DNA from: Candidatus Sigynarchaeum calidifontis
GTDB lineage: Archaea; Asgardarchaeota; Lokiarchaeia; Sigyniarchaeales; Sigyniarchaeaceae
Length of the DNA stretch: 26,210 nucleotides
Reading direction: 5' to 3'
NCBI GenBank assembly: GCA_030587475.2
Contig: JAUQYZ020000004.1
Coordinates: forward strand, 1-26,210
This document shows, piece after piece, positions 8,673 through 16,127 of the stretch. The notes under the pieces are model-generated. The model ran no database searches, had not been told where the DNA came from, and was given only the letters and a program-made list of their open reading frames with translations. Position numbers and translations under genes: made by a program. Numbering within the stretch: position 1 is the stretch's first letter; each line of letters opens with the position of its first letter.

Positions 8673-9929
8673 TCAACAATCGTGGATGATTTCTGGATGG
8701 TCTGCTTGTAAATATTGTTTATAATGGCCTAATAGCTCGATACATTGCTCTTTATTACATCGGACGCCCGTCCTGATGAAGTATGACGTGGTAGCGTTGC
8801 CAATAGCGAGTATTTCTTGTGGCGTGCAGCCGGCGAGCAAGCCGAGAGCAATGCCCCCGTTGAACGCATCTCCCGCTGCCACCGTGTAACTGGCGTGCTT
8901 CGTGTAGGCATTCGGAACGATAAAGACTTTATCCAAGCTGATCGACACTGCGAATTTCGGCGTATGGATGATCACGTGGCACCGGGGCAATTGCTGGCTG
9001 ATTTTTTCTCCAAGGAACACGAACAGGTCCTTGTTGTCCAGCGATATATCGGCTGACGGGAAGTCGTCCACCACCGTTTTTCTCGACAGCGCCTCGTGGA
9101 GCTGCATCGCCTCCTTGTCGTTTAAAGAAAGCGTCACGCGAATATGATCCGGGAATTGATTGATGATGGCTGCCATGTCGCGGATATCACCTTCGGAGCG
9201 CTTCCGCAAGCTCGCGAGGTCCAGGAACAAGTCCAGCGGCCTTTGAAGGGCCGGGAAAACATTCGTCGCGAAGAGCTTGAAGATGCCGGTCATGCCCGGC
9301 GTGACGCTCCAATAGCCGAGGCCGAACAGCGACGTTCCGTTCAACATGTTCACGAGCTCTTGCTCTGAAATCGCCCTCATGATCGTGGCAGCATCGAGCG
9401 TTAATATCGACGCGAACGACGTCATCATGAGCTTCCCGTCATCGAACTCGTAGGCATGGGTGTAGCCAGGCTCGCCGATGGAGATCAATTTGCATTTGAA
9501 TTTCGTCTCGAATAAATCCTTGAATGGCGGGGCGATACCGCCGACCCCGAACCCACCGACAAGCGTGACATCGTCAAGCGGGGCGGCGAGCGCGAGCAGC
9601 GCCCCCGCCGTGTTCGCGACGAACCCGCCCGTCGAGCGCTTCTTCTCGATGATCTCGAAATTAGCCGCGGATCCCGCGGCGTTTTTGACGATATCCGCCC
9701 ACTCCCCGATAGACGTTAGCCGCACGTAATCATCAACCGAGTATCGCCTCGCGACTACCGTGTATATCTGGTCCAACACCCCGTCGAAGCCGAAGAAGAC
9801 CCGCTTGGCCTTTACCGAGGCAACCCAGCGAGGCAAGTTATTTTTCACGCCGGACAGCAAGCCATCTAGCTCCATGGTGCTGGTGGAAAAATCAACCACT
9901 TGCCAGTTTTCCTTTTCTTGAGCCATCAT
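8673..9929 (-). CDS. PfkB/ribokinase-family carbohydrate kinase
   Basis: C-terminal TVAAGDAFNGG anion-hole motif, LNDKEA, and N-terminal FFGFDG.LD and GGF.AN. ATG 9929 overlaps the aldolase TGA (ATGA coupling), so the track's 10067 start is too long. Confidence 0.8.
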   Translation of the reverse strand: MMAQEKENWQVVDFSTSTMELDGLLSGVKNNLPRWVASVKAKRVFFGFDGVLDQIYTVVARRYSVDDYVRLTSIGEWADIVKNAAGSAANFEIIEKKRSTGGFVANTAGALLALAAPLDDVTLVGGFGVGGIAPPFKDLFETKFKCKLISIGEPGYTHAYEFDDGKLMMTSFASILTLDAATIMRAISEQELVNMLNGTSLFGLGYWSVTPGMTGIFKLFATNVFPALQRPLDLFLDLASLRKRSEGDIRDMAAIINQFPDHIRVTLSLNDKEAMQLHEALSRKTVVDDFPSADISLDNKDLFVFLGEKISQQLPRCHVIIHTPKFAVSISLDKVFIVPNAYTKHASYTVAAGDAFNGGIALGLLAGCTPQEILAIGNATTSYFIRTGVRCNKEQCIELLGHYKQYLQADHPEIIHDC

Positions 9930-10786
9930 GCCATCCCTTCCGATCCTGCCATTTTCATCCATCGCCTGAGGATTTCGGGTATACCGCTTGTTGCCTCCGC
10001 GAGGGCTCTCGGGAGCCACGGATTCCTCCCCTCTGCCCATTGCTTCTTGAGGGATTCCCGCACGCACGCAACCAGCTCGCTGGCCACGTTTATTTTCCTG
10101 ATACCAAGATCAATACATCTCTTGATATCCGCTTCGGGCGTGGTAGATCCACCGTGAAGGACCAACGGGACCGGTACCGCTTCATGGATCGCTTCGAGCC
10201 GTTTAAAGTCAAACTTTGGAAGCGCCGTGTAAATGCCGTGCTTGTTGCCAATGCTCACGGCGAGCATGTCGACACCAGTTTGCTCGACATAGTCTTTTGC
10301 AGTGCGCGGATCTGTTAACTCGGTTAAAGCACTGCCTTCTTTCGTGTTATCATCCACATTTCCAACAGCACCGAGCTCGCCTTCAATGGTCGCGGAAAAT
10401 GCGCTACGCTTGATTATACGGGCGACTTCCTTCATCCCTTTAACATTTTCCATGTATGGCTTCGCCGACAAGTCCAACATGACGGACGTGAACCCCGCGT
10501 CCAAACATTCTTTCAAGACCGTGATGGAGTCCCCGTGGTCGTAGTGCAGCGCCGCTTGAACATCATACCTTGACACGAGCGCACGGGCTATTGTCCCCAT
10601 CGATGTCGGCGATAGGAGCGAGAACTCCCCGGGGCCACTCATCACGATCACGGGCGAGTGAACATCCGCCGCCGTCTTCAAGACGGTATCGATGATCTCC
10701 GCGTTCCACGCGCAAAAGGCGGGGATAGCATATCCGTTCTTCTCGGCCTTCTTTATCAACTCGCTGGCACGTTTGAAGATCGCCAC
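9926..10786 (-). CDS. Class II (Zn) ketose-bisphosphate aldolase (FBA/TBA/IolJ family)
   Basis: GYAIPAF, LHYDHG, GFTSVMLD.S, EGELG, AVSIGNKHG, LVLHGGS and KINV motifs. Confidence 0.92.
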   Translation of the reverse strand: MAIFKRASELIKKAEKNGYAIPAFCAWNAEIIDTVLKTAADVHSPVIVMSGPGEFSLLSPTSMGTIARALVSRYDVQAALHYDHGDSITVLKECLDAGFTSVMLDLSAKPYMENVKGMKEVARIIKRSAFSATIEGELGAVGNVDDNTKEGSALTELTDPRTAKDYVEQTGVDMLAVSIGNKHGIYTALPKFDFKRLEAIHEAVPVPLVLHGGSTTPEADIKRCIDLGIRKINVASELVACVRESLKKQWAEGRNPWLPRALAEATSGIPEILRRWMKMAGSEGMA

Positions 10787-10804
10787 GTTGATTCGCCTCG
10801 ATGA

Positions 10805-12154
10805 TCAAGGCTTGAACAGCCGTTTCGGGGTCTGGTAGCAAATTTCCTTCGCGATATCCAAGCACTCGTCGAAGGTGTATTGTCCTTTAACGATTTTTCG
10901 GGCGAACACGTTGGCCATGCATTTTCGGACGAGGAATGCCTTCCCATACAACCAATCCAGGTGGTACGCGTCGCTGAAGAAGCCGATTTGCTTGTTCATC
11001 GGTAGCATGTCGAGCCGGTTGTCGATGATGGTTTCGATGTAATTCGGGAAAAAATTGTGCCACCAATAACCAGCAAGGGAAAAATTTGGCAATTCCCGCG
11101 CCATCGTGCACAGCGCCTGCTCGCAATGGATGCTCGAGGAGAAACACACGAACTGGAGGGCCGGGTGTTTCGAGAAGACGTTCACCAGCTGGCCAAGGGT
11201 TTTTTGCGGGAGCAAGCTCGCCGTTTCGTGTTCCATCGGTTCGGCGCCAACGGAGAAGGTAAAGACGACCTTCTTCGACTGGCGCTCGAGAGCGTTCAAG
11301 TACTCTTGCAAGATAAAGCAAGCATAGACGTCGCGGTCATGCTCGGTGGCGTGTGCCCTGTTTGACAGCGATCTCATCATTTGCTCCTCGGTCACGTCTT
11401 GATAGTTGATGTCCGTGGAGAAATGGTTCGCTGCGCACACGAGCGTGTCGAAAGGAACGAGCGAGATGTAGTGATGCATCGCGTCCAGCACGTCATCGAG
11501 CGTCTTGATGGTCTTCTTGGCGACGAACTTGGACCTGTCGATGTTCACCGGCAAGGGCGCGGAAGGTTCGTCTTGCGACCATGTCCATTCGAGCTCGAAC
11601 AGCGGGCTGTCGTTCTGGTGCTGCTGCGCGCGCGTGAAGAACCCCCACTCCAGCGCGTAGGTCAAGATGTCGTCGGCTTGCCCCTTGTCGCGCAGCCGGT
11701 ACTCGGTTGACGAGGAGACCACGTTGCAGCGCTTCAAGATTTGCCTTGCCCAGCTTGGATCCTTGGCTTTTTTCGCGATGATGGAATCGATCTCGCGCCA
11801 ATTGCTTTCGGTTATGGAACTCGTCCACCCGTACAAGTCAGCGAGGATCCTCTTGATAACCCACTGGAGCGACGTGTTTTTCACGTGTTTCAAGTACGGT
11901 AGTGCCTCCAGGATGCGAGATCGAGCTTCTTCCTCGGTTGCATACCAGGAGAGGCGATTGCCGTTCGGCATCCCGGCGGAGTAGAGCTCGCTCAGTGGCA
12001 TGTGGTAGAGCAAGACATGGTGCAGCCCTTGCGCGGTGAGCTGCTTGGGATCGAGATGCGCGTGGATGCAGATGAACGGGATATCTTGCAACGCGGTCTC
12101 CATCCGAATGGCTAATTCTTGTTGGCTCGCGGTCGCGGATACCACCTTTTTCAT
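10805..12154 (-). CDS. Uronate isomerase (UxaC)-like amidohydrolase-superfamily protein
   Basis: IHAHL (HxH metal motif), LLYH, GYWW, FSDA, and a C-terminal IAKEICYQTPKRLF resembling UxaC ends. Confidence 0.75.
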   Translation of the reverse strand: MKKVVSATASQQELAIRMETALQDIPFICIHAHLDPKQLTAQGLHHVLLYHMPLSELYSAGMPNGNRLSWYATEEEARSRILEALPYLKHVKNTSLQWVIKRILADLYGWTSSITESNWREIDSIIAKKAKDPSWARQILKRCNVVSSSTEYRLRDKGQADDILTYALEWGFFTRAQQHQNDSPLFELEWTWSQDEPSAPLPVNIDRSKFVAKKTIKTLDDVLDAMHHYISLVPFDTLVCAANHFSTDINYQDVTEEQMMRSLSNRAHATEHDRDVYACFILQEYLNALERQSKKVVFTFSVGAEPMEHETASLLPQKTLGQLVNVFSKHPALQFVCFSSSIHCEQALCTMARELPNFSLAGYWWHNFFPNYIETIIDNRLDMLPMNKQIGFFSDAYHLDWLYGKAFLVRKCMANVFARKIVKGQYTFDECLDIAKEICYQTPKRLFKP

Positions 12155-12253
12155 CGCTACTTGGTCATTCGCCAGCGAGACCTAATAAGGTTCTTCGGTG
12201 ACGCGCTTCTTTTTAAGAGGCCCGCGTTGACTCCGCGTGTACTGGGTGATACA

Positions 12254-13189
12254 TTGGAAAGCCGGCTATTTTCTGACAAGAGGGATTTCCTGGCCATTCC
12301 GGACTTGAGTGCCAAGGAGCTGCGCATGGTCATCGACCTCGCGAAGGCGATCAAGCGGAACCCCGGGGCGTATTCCAAGTCGCTCGAGGGCAAGGTGCTC
12401 GCCATGCTCTTCCAGAAGACATCGACGCGAACGCGCGTGTCGTTCGAGGTTGCCATGTACCAGCTCGGCGGCCAAGCGCTTTTCCTTGACTGGCGGACGA
12501 CCAACTTCACGCTCGGCGGGCTTGAGGACGAGATCAGGTCGCTTTCGCGCTACGTGGACGTGATCATGGCGCGCGTATTCAAGCATGCGGACGTGGAGGC
12601 CATGGCCCGCGCGTCGCGCGTCCCGGTCATCAACGGGCTGTCCGACACGGCGCACCCGTGCCAGGCGCTCGCTGACATGCTCACGATCGAGGAAAAATGT
12701 CCCGACATGCGAAACACCAAGGTCGTGTTCATCGGGGACGGAACGGACAACGTGTGCGCGTCGCTCATCGACATCTGTGCGTTGCTCAATGTCGAGTTCA
12801 CGGTGGTTTGTCCAAAAGCATATGCCCCGCCAGCTAGCAAGATGGCCGCCATCGAACAATATGGCCTTGCAAAATATATCCACATCGCGAATGACATCGA
12901 CACGGGTGTCAATGGCGCGGACGTGCTTTACACCGACACGTTCGTGTCCATGGGGCAGGAAAGCGAGGCCGAAAAGCGGTTACAAGAACTCAAGCCTTAC
13001 CAGCTCAATGCCGCCGTCGTGCAGAAGACCGGAAAGAAACCGTTCATCATGCACTGCCTGCCTGCCCACCGGGATGTCGAGATCGCGTCGGACCTGATCG
13101 AATCCCCCCGGAGCATCATCTTTGACCAAGCCGAGAACCGCATGCACGCGCAGAAAGCCTTGCTCCTTTTCTTGCTCGGTAAGGCGTGA
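12254..13189 (+). CDS. argF: Ornithine carbamoyltransferase
   Basis: STRTR, INGLS...HPCQALAD, DTFVSMG, HCLP and QAENR motifs. TTG 12254 follows a GGTGAT Shine-Dalgarno at 12245-12250. Confidence 0.95.
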   Translation: MESRLFSDKRDFLAIPDLSAKELRMVIDLAKAIKRNPGAYSKSLEGKVLAMLFQKTSTRTRVSFEVAMYQLGGQALFLDWRTTNFTLGGLEDEIRSLSRYVDVIMARVFKHADVEAMARASRVPVINGLSDTAHPCQALADMLTIEEKCPDMRNTKVVFIGDGTDNVCASLIDICALLNVEFTVVCPKAYAPPASKMAAIEQYGLAKYIHIANDIDTGVNGADVLYTDTFVSMGQESEAEKRLQELKPYQLNAAVVQKTGKKPFIMHCLPAHRDVEIASDLIESPRSIIFDQAENRMHAQKALLLFLLGKA

Positions 13190-13296
13190 GATCGCCTTCA
13201 TGGAACATGGTGGCTTGGCCTTATATTCTTCGTATTTCCTTGATGTCATCCGCGCTCATAGCCACGGGTATCGAGTATGAGGACGGGTGCAACCTC

Positions 13297-13446
13297 ATGG
13301 CAGATCGCAGAGACCTCATGAAGATTTTGTCGGAGAAACAAGTCATAGAATGCAAGAACGCGGAATGGTACTGCCGGACCATCCAGAGATGCAAGTTCGA
13401 CCAGCTGGATGTCCTCATCGAGACCGTTGAAAAACTCTCTCGATAA
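13297..13446 (+). CDS. Small hypothetical protein (about 49 aa, three Cys)
   Basis: MADRRDLMKILSEKQVIECKNAEWYCRTIQRCKFDQLDVLIETVEKLSR. GGGTG lies upstream of the ATG, TTATAT is at 13221 and a T-rich tract follows. Alternative start at 13243. Confidence 0.5.
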   Translation: MADRRDLMKILSEKQVIECKNAEWYCRTIQRCKFDQLDVLIETVEKLSR

Positions 13447-13500
13447 ATTGCTTCTCTTTTTGCATCATTGAACGAAATTTACCTTTATTTTTAATTGCCT

Positions 13501-13561
13501 TGAAATCATTTCACGCGATCGGGTTATTAACCGAGCATAGTGTTTAGTCAAAGGTTATATA
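13501..13561 (+). promoter_or_regulatory. Two palindromes plus a TATA box upstream of the winged-helix gene
   Basis: TGAAAT-C-ATTTCA (13501-13513), GGTTA-T-TAACC (13522-13532), and CAAAGG-TTATATA (TATA 13555-13561) 23-29 nt before ATG 13584. Confidence 0.5.
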
Positions 13562-13583
13562 CCATTCTTTTCAAGAGTCATTC

Positions 13584-13853
13584 ATGGCCGGGGCGTCTGA
13601 ATCCAGTCCGTTCGCGGATATCGAGGTGAGCAAGATGCTCCTCGGGGACAACGGCATCGCGATGCTGCGCGCGATTCGCTTCGGCCCGGTCGATGTCGAG
13701 ACCATCCAGGCACTTAGTGGCTTGCCGAAGTCGTGCATCGAGGGGCGATTGCCCGTGCTGGCCGAGCTGGACATGATCAAGGAGGTTCCCGAGGGTTTTT
13801 TGTTGAAACAGGCCGGCATCGATTTCCTCGCGGCCGTTGGTAACACGCTGTGA
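13584..13853 (+). CDS. Small winged helix-turn-helix protein (putative transcription regulator)
   Basis: MLRAIRFGPVDVETIQALSGLPKSCIEGRLPVLAELDMIKE...GFLLKQAGIDFL follows the archaeal wHTH pattern (helices, wing, L...G..fL). Confidence 0.65.
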   Translation: MAGASESSPFADIEVSKMLLGDNGIAMLRAIRFGPVDVETIQALSGLPKSCIEGRLPVLAELDMIKEVPEGFLLKQAGIDFLAAVGNTL

Positions 13854-13924
13854 ACACGCCTTGCACTAGCTGCTGCGCTTCTCCCTTTTCAAGAAATAAA
13901 GAATAACACGTGACCCGCCGGTTG

Positions 13925-16003
13925 TCATTGGAGGCTGATCTCAACGCTACCGCGGATGTCACGCGACGAGCTGCCCACGTGAAGCACGAACGTGCCGGGC
14001 TCCGCGACCCACTTGCCTTGGTTCTCGTCGTAAAACGACAGGTCCGCCTTGCTGATGGCAAGCGTTACCGTCTGCTTCTCGCCTGGTTGGAGATACACCT
14101 TTTGAAACCCTTTGAGTTCCTTCGGGGGCCGTGGCACGCTCGCTTCGACGTCTTGCACGTATAGCTGGACGATTTCAGCGCCCGCCCGCGAGCCCGCGTT
14201 TTTGACGTCCACCGACACCTTGCAACCCTCGTCTCCAGAAAGCTTGGCCTTGTCCACCTTCACGTTGCTGTACTCGAACGTCGTGTACGAGAGCCCGTGG
14301 CCGAAGGGAAATAAGGGCTCGATCCCGTTCTTGTCAAAGTGCCGGTAGCCGACGAAAATGCCCTCGTCGTAATAAACCTTGCCGTGTTCCCCTGGCCACG
14401 TTCGCTTCGACCCGGACGCGTGCGCGGGCGAGTCCGAGAGGTTCTTCGGGAACGTGACCGGCAACTTGCCGGACGGGTTCACGTCACCGAACAGGATATC
14501 GGCGATGGCGCGCCCCGCCTCCATCCCGCCGTACCATGCTTCGAGAATGGCGGGCACCTTGTCGACCCAGCCTTCCATCGAGACCGGGCTGCCGCTCACG
14601 AGCACGACGATCGTGTTCGGGTTCTTCGCCGCCGTGTCGTTGATGAGCTTGGCCTGGTTGCCGGGCAATTCCAGCCTTGTCCTGTCGAACCCTTCTGAAT
14701 CACCACCCGGTTGATGTCCGATGCCGACGACGACGATCGCTGCATCTGCATGTTCTGGAGACCGCACTATCTTGACCTTGCCGGCGCATTTCTCCGCGAT
14801 GCCCTTCAATGGCGTGATGACGTGCGGGGGCATGACGTGCGAGCTCCCTCCCGAGTTGATCAAGTTGATGAGATCGAGCCGATTCCCCATCGTGGTTCGT
14901 TTGTTCGCGAACGGCCCGATGATGGCAAGCCGCTTTATTTTACCAGCGTCGAGCGGCAGCACGTTCTTTTCATTCTTGAGCAGCACCATGCCGTCGCTGG
15001 CAAGTTTTCGTGCCAATGCCTGGTGTGCTGGCGTGTTCCTCTCGCCCTTGGGCACGGTCGCCGGGTCATCGAACAGGCCGACGAGGAACATGACGCGGAG
15101 CAACCGGCGCACGTTCTCGTCCAGCGTGGCCTCCGTGAACTTGCCTGCCGCGAAGGCCTTCCGCAGCTTGCCGTAGGACATCTTGATCCACGGTTTCTGC
15201 ACGACCGCGTGCATGTCGAGCGAGAGCCCCGCGTTCACGCATGCCTCGGTGCTGCTCGCGGGCACGGTCGCCCCCCAGTCCGACATCTCGAATCCCTTGA
15301 AGCCCCACTCGTTGCGGAGCCGGTTCGTGATGAGATCCTCGTGTTCCGCGCCGTAAACGCCGTTCACGCGGTTGTAACAACACATGAACGTCCACACGCC
15401 CCCGTCACGGACGGATGCCTCGAACGCGGGCAAATAGATCTCGCGGAGCGCCCGCTCGCTCACCTCGGCGCTGACCTTCATGCGCCAGGTTTCTTGATTG
15501 TTGCACGCGTAATGCTTGGCGCACGCGGCAACCCGCTGGCTTTGCAAGCCGCGGATTATGGCTGGCGCCAGTTTCTTGGCGAGGTACGGGTCCTCGGAGA
15601 GATACTCGAAGGTGCGGCCGCACAAGGGCGACCTCATGATGTTCATTCCAGGCCCGAGCTGGACGTGGCGATCGCATGCCCGGCATTCCCGGCCGACCGC
15701 GGCACCGAATTCCTCGAGGAGCGCCGGATTCCACGTGGCGCCCATGAGGATCCCGCACGAGAAGAACGTGTTCCGTTTAAAACTCGTGCCATGGGGGCCG
15801 ACGCCGTGCGGGCCATCGGTGAGGCCGAGGCTCGGGATACCGAGGCGCTTGATGGGATGGGTGAGGCAAAAATTTTTTCCCTCGCACAACTTCATCTTTT
15901 CGTCGATCGTGAGCCGTTTCAAGAGGTCTTCGACCCGGGCTTCGAGATCGAGCCCCTGATTCTTGAATGGGAGGATATCCGTGCTCATGGCCAATCTGTC
16001 CAA
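13925..16003 (-). CDS. GH3 beta-glucosidase/xylosidase with C-terminal Fn3-like domain, probably cytoplasmic
   Basis: TDGPHG, GRTFEYLSEDP, KHYACN, SDWG (nucleophile), SEGFDR, NPSGKLPVTFP and PFGHGLSYTTF motifs. No signal peptide. Start is TTG 16003 or ATG 15988. Confidence 0.95.
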   Translation of the reverse strand: MDRLAMSTDILPFKNQGLDLEARVEDLLKRLTIDEKMKLCEGKNFCLTHPIKRLGIPSLGLTDGPHGVGPHGTSFKRNTFFSCGILMGATWNPALLEEFGAAVGRECRACDRHVQLGPGMNIMRSPLCGRTFEYLSEDPYLAKKLAPAIIRGLQSQRVAACAKHYACNNQETWRMKVSAEVSERALREIYLPAFEASVRDGGVWTFMCCYNRVNGVYGAEHEDLITNRLRNEWGFKGFEMSDWGATVPASSTEACVNAGLSLDMHAVVQKPWIKMSYGKLRKAFAAGKFTEATLDENVRRLLRVMFLVGLFDDPATVPKGERNTPAHQALARKLASDGMVLLKNEKNVLPLDAGKIKRLAIIGPFANKRTTMGNRLDLINLINSGGSSHVMPPHVITPLKGIAEKCAGKVKIVRSPEHADAAIVVVGIGHQPGGDSEGFDRTRLELPGNQAKLINDTAAKNPNTIVVLVSGSPVSMEGWVDKVPAILEAWYGGMEAGRAIADILFGDVNPSGKLPVTFPKNLSDSPAHASGSKRTWPGEHGKVYYDEGIFVGYRHFDKNGIEPLFPFGHGLSYTTFEYSNVKVDKAKLSGDEGCKVSVDVKNAGSRAGAEIVQLYVQDVEASVPRPPKELKGFQKVYLQPGEKQTVTLAISKADLSFYDENQGKWVAEPGTFVLHVGSSSRDIRGSVEISLQ

Positions 16004-16059
16004 TTCATTTTTATGTTAATCAGTCCGCAAGTGAATATTCTTCTCGTGGTAGATAGATG

Positions 16060-16067
16060 TTATATAA
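16060..16067. promoter_or_regulatory. Palindromic TATA-like element between divergent genes
   Basis: TTATATAA lies about 60 nt from both the GH3 start and the 962-aa gene start. Confidence 0.35.
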
Positions 16068-16127
16068 GTGTATGACCATATTCGATCATCTTAAGGCGAG
16101 CGTTGATTTTCAACGAGGATACGAACG

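Noticed and set aside
9930-10067. N-terminal extension of the PfkB kinase
   Set aside because: It overlaps the aldolase 3' end, and the ATGA coupling at 9929 gives a better start.
12119-12253. N-terminal extension of argF overlapping the divergent UxaC-like gene
   Set aside because: It has no OTC-like sequence. The SD plus TTG at 12254 leaves a normal divergent promoter region.
14711-16075. 454-aa plus-strand ORF, and similar long antisense ORFs (17772-18791, 20778-21881, 7639-8505, 22347-23201)
   Set aside because: These are shadow ORFs opposite well-supported genes, expected from GC-rich codon bias, and show no recognisable motifs.
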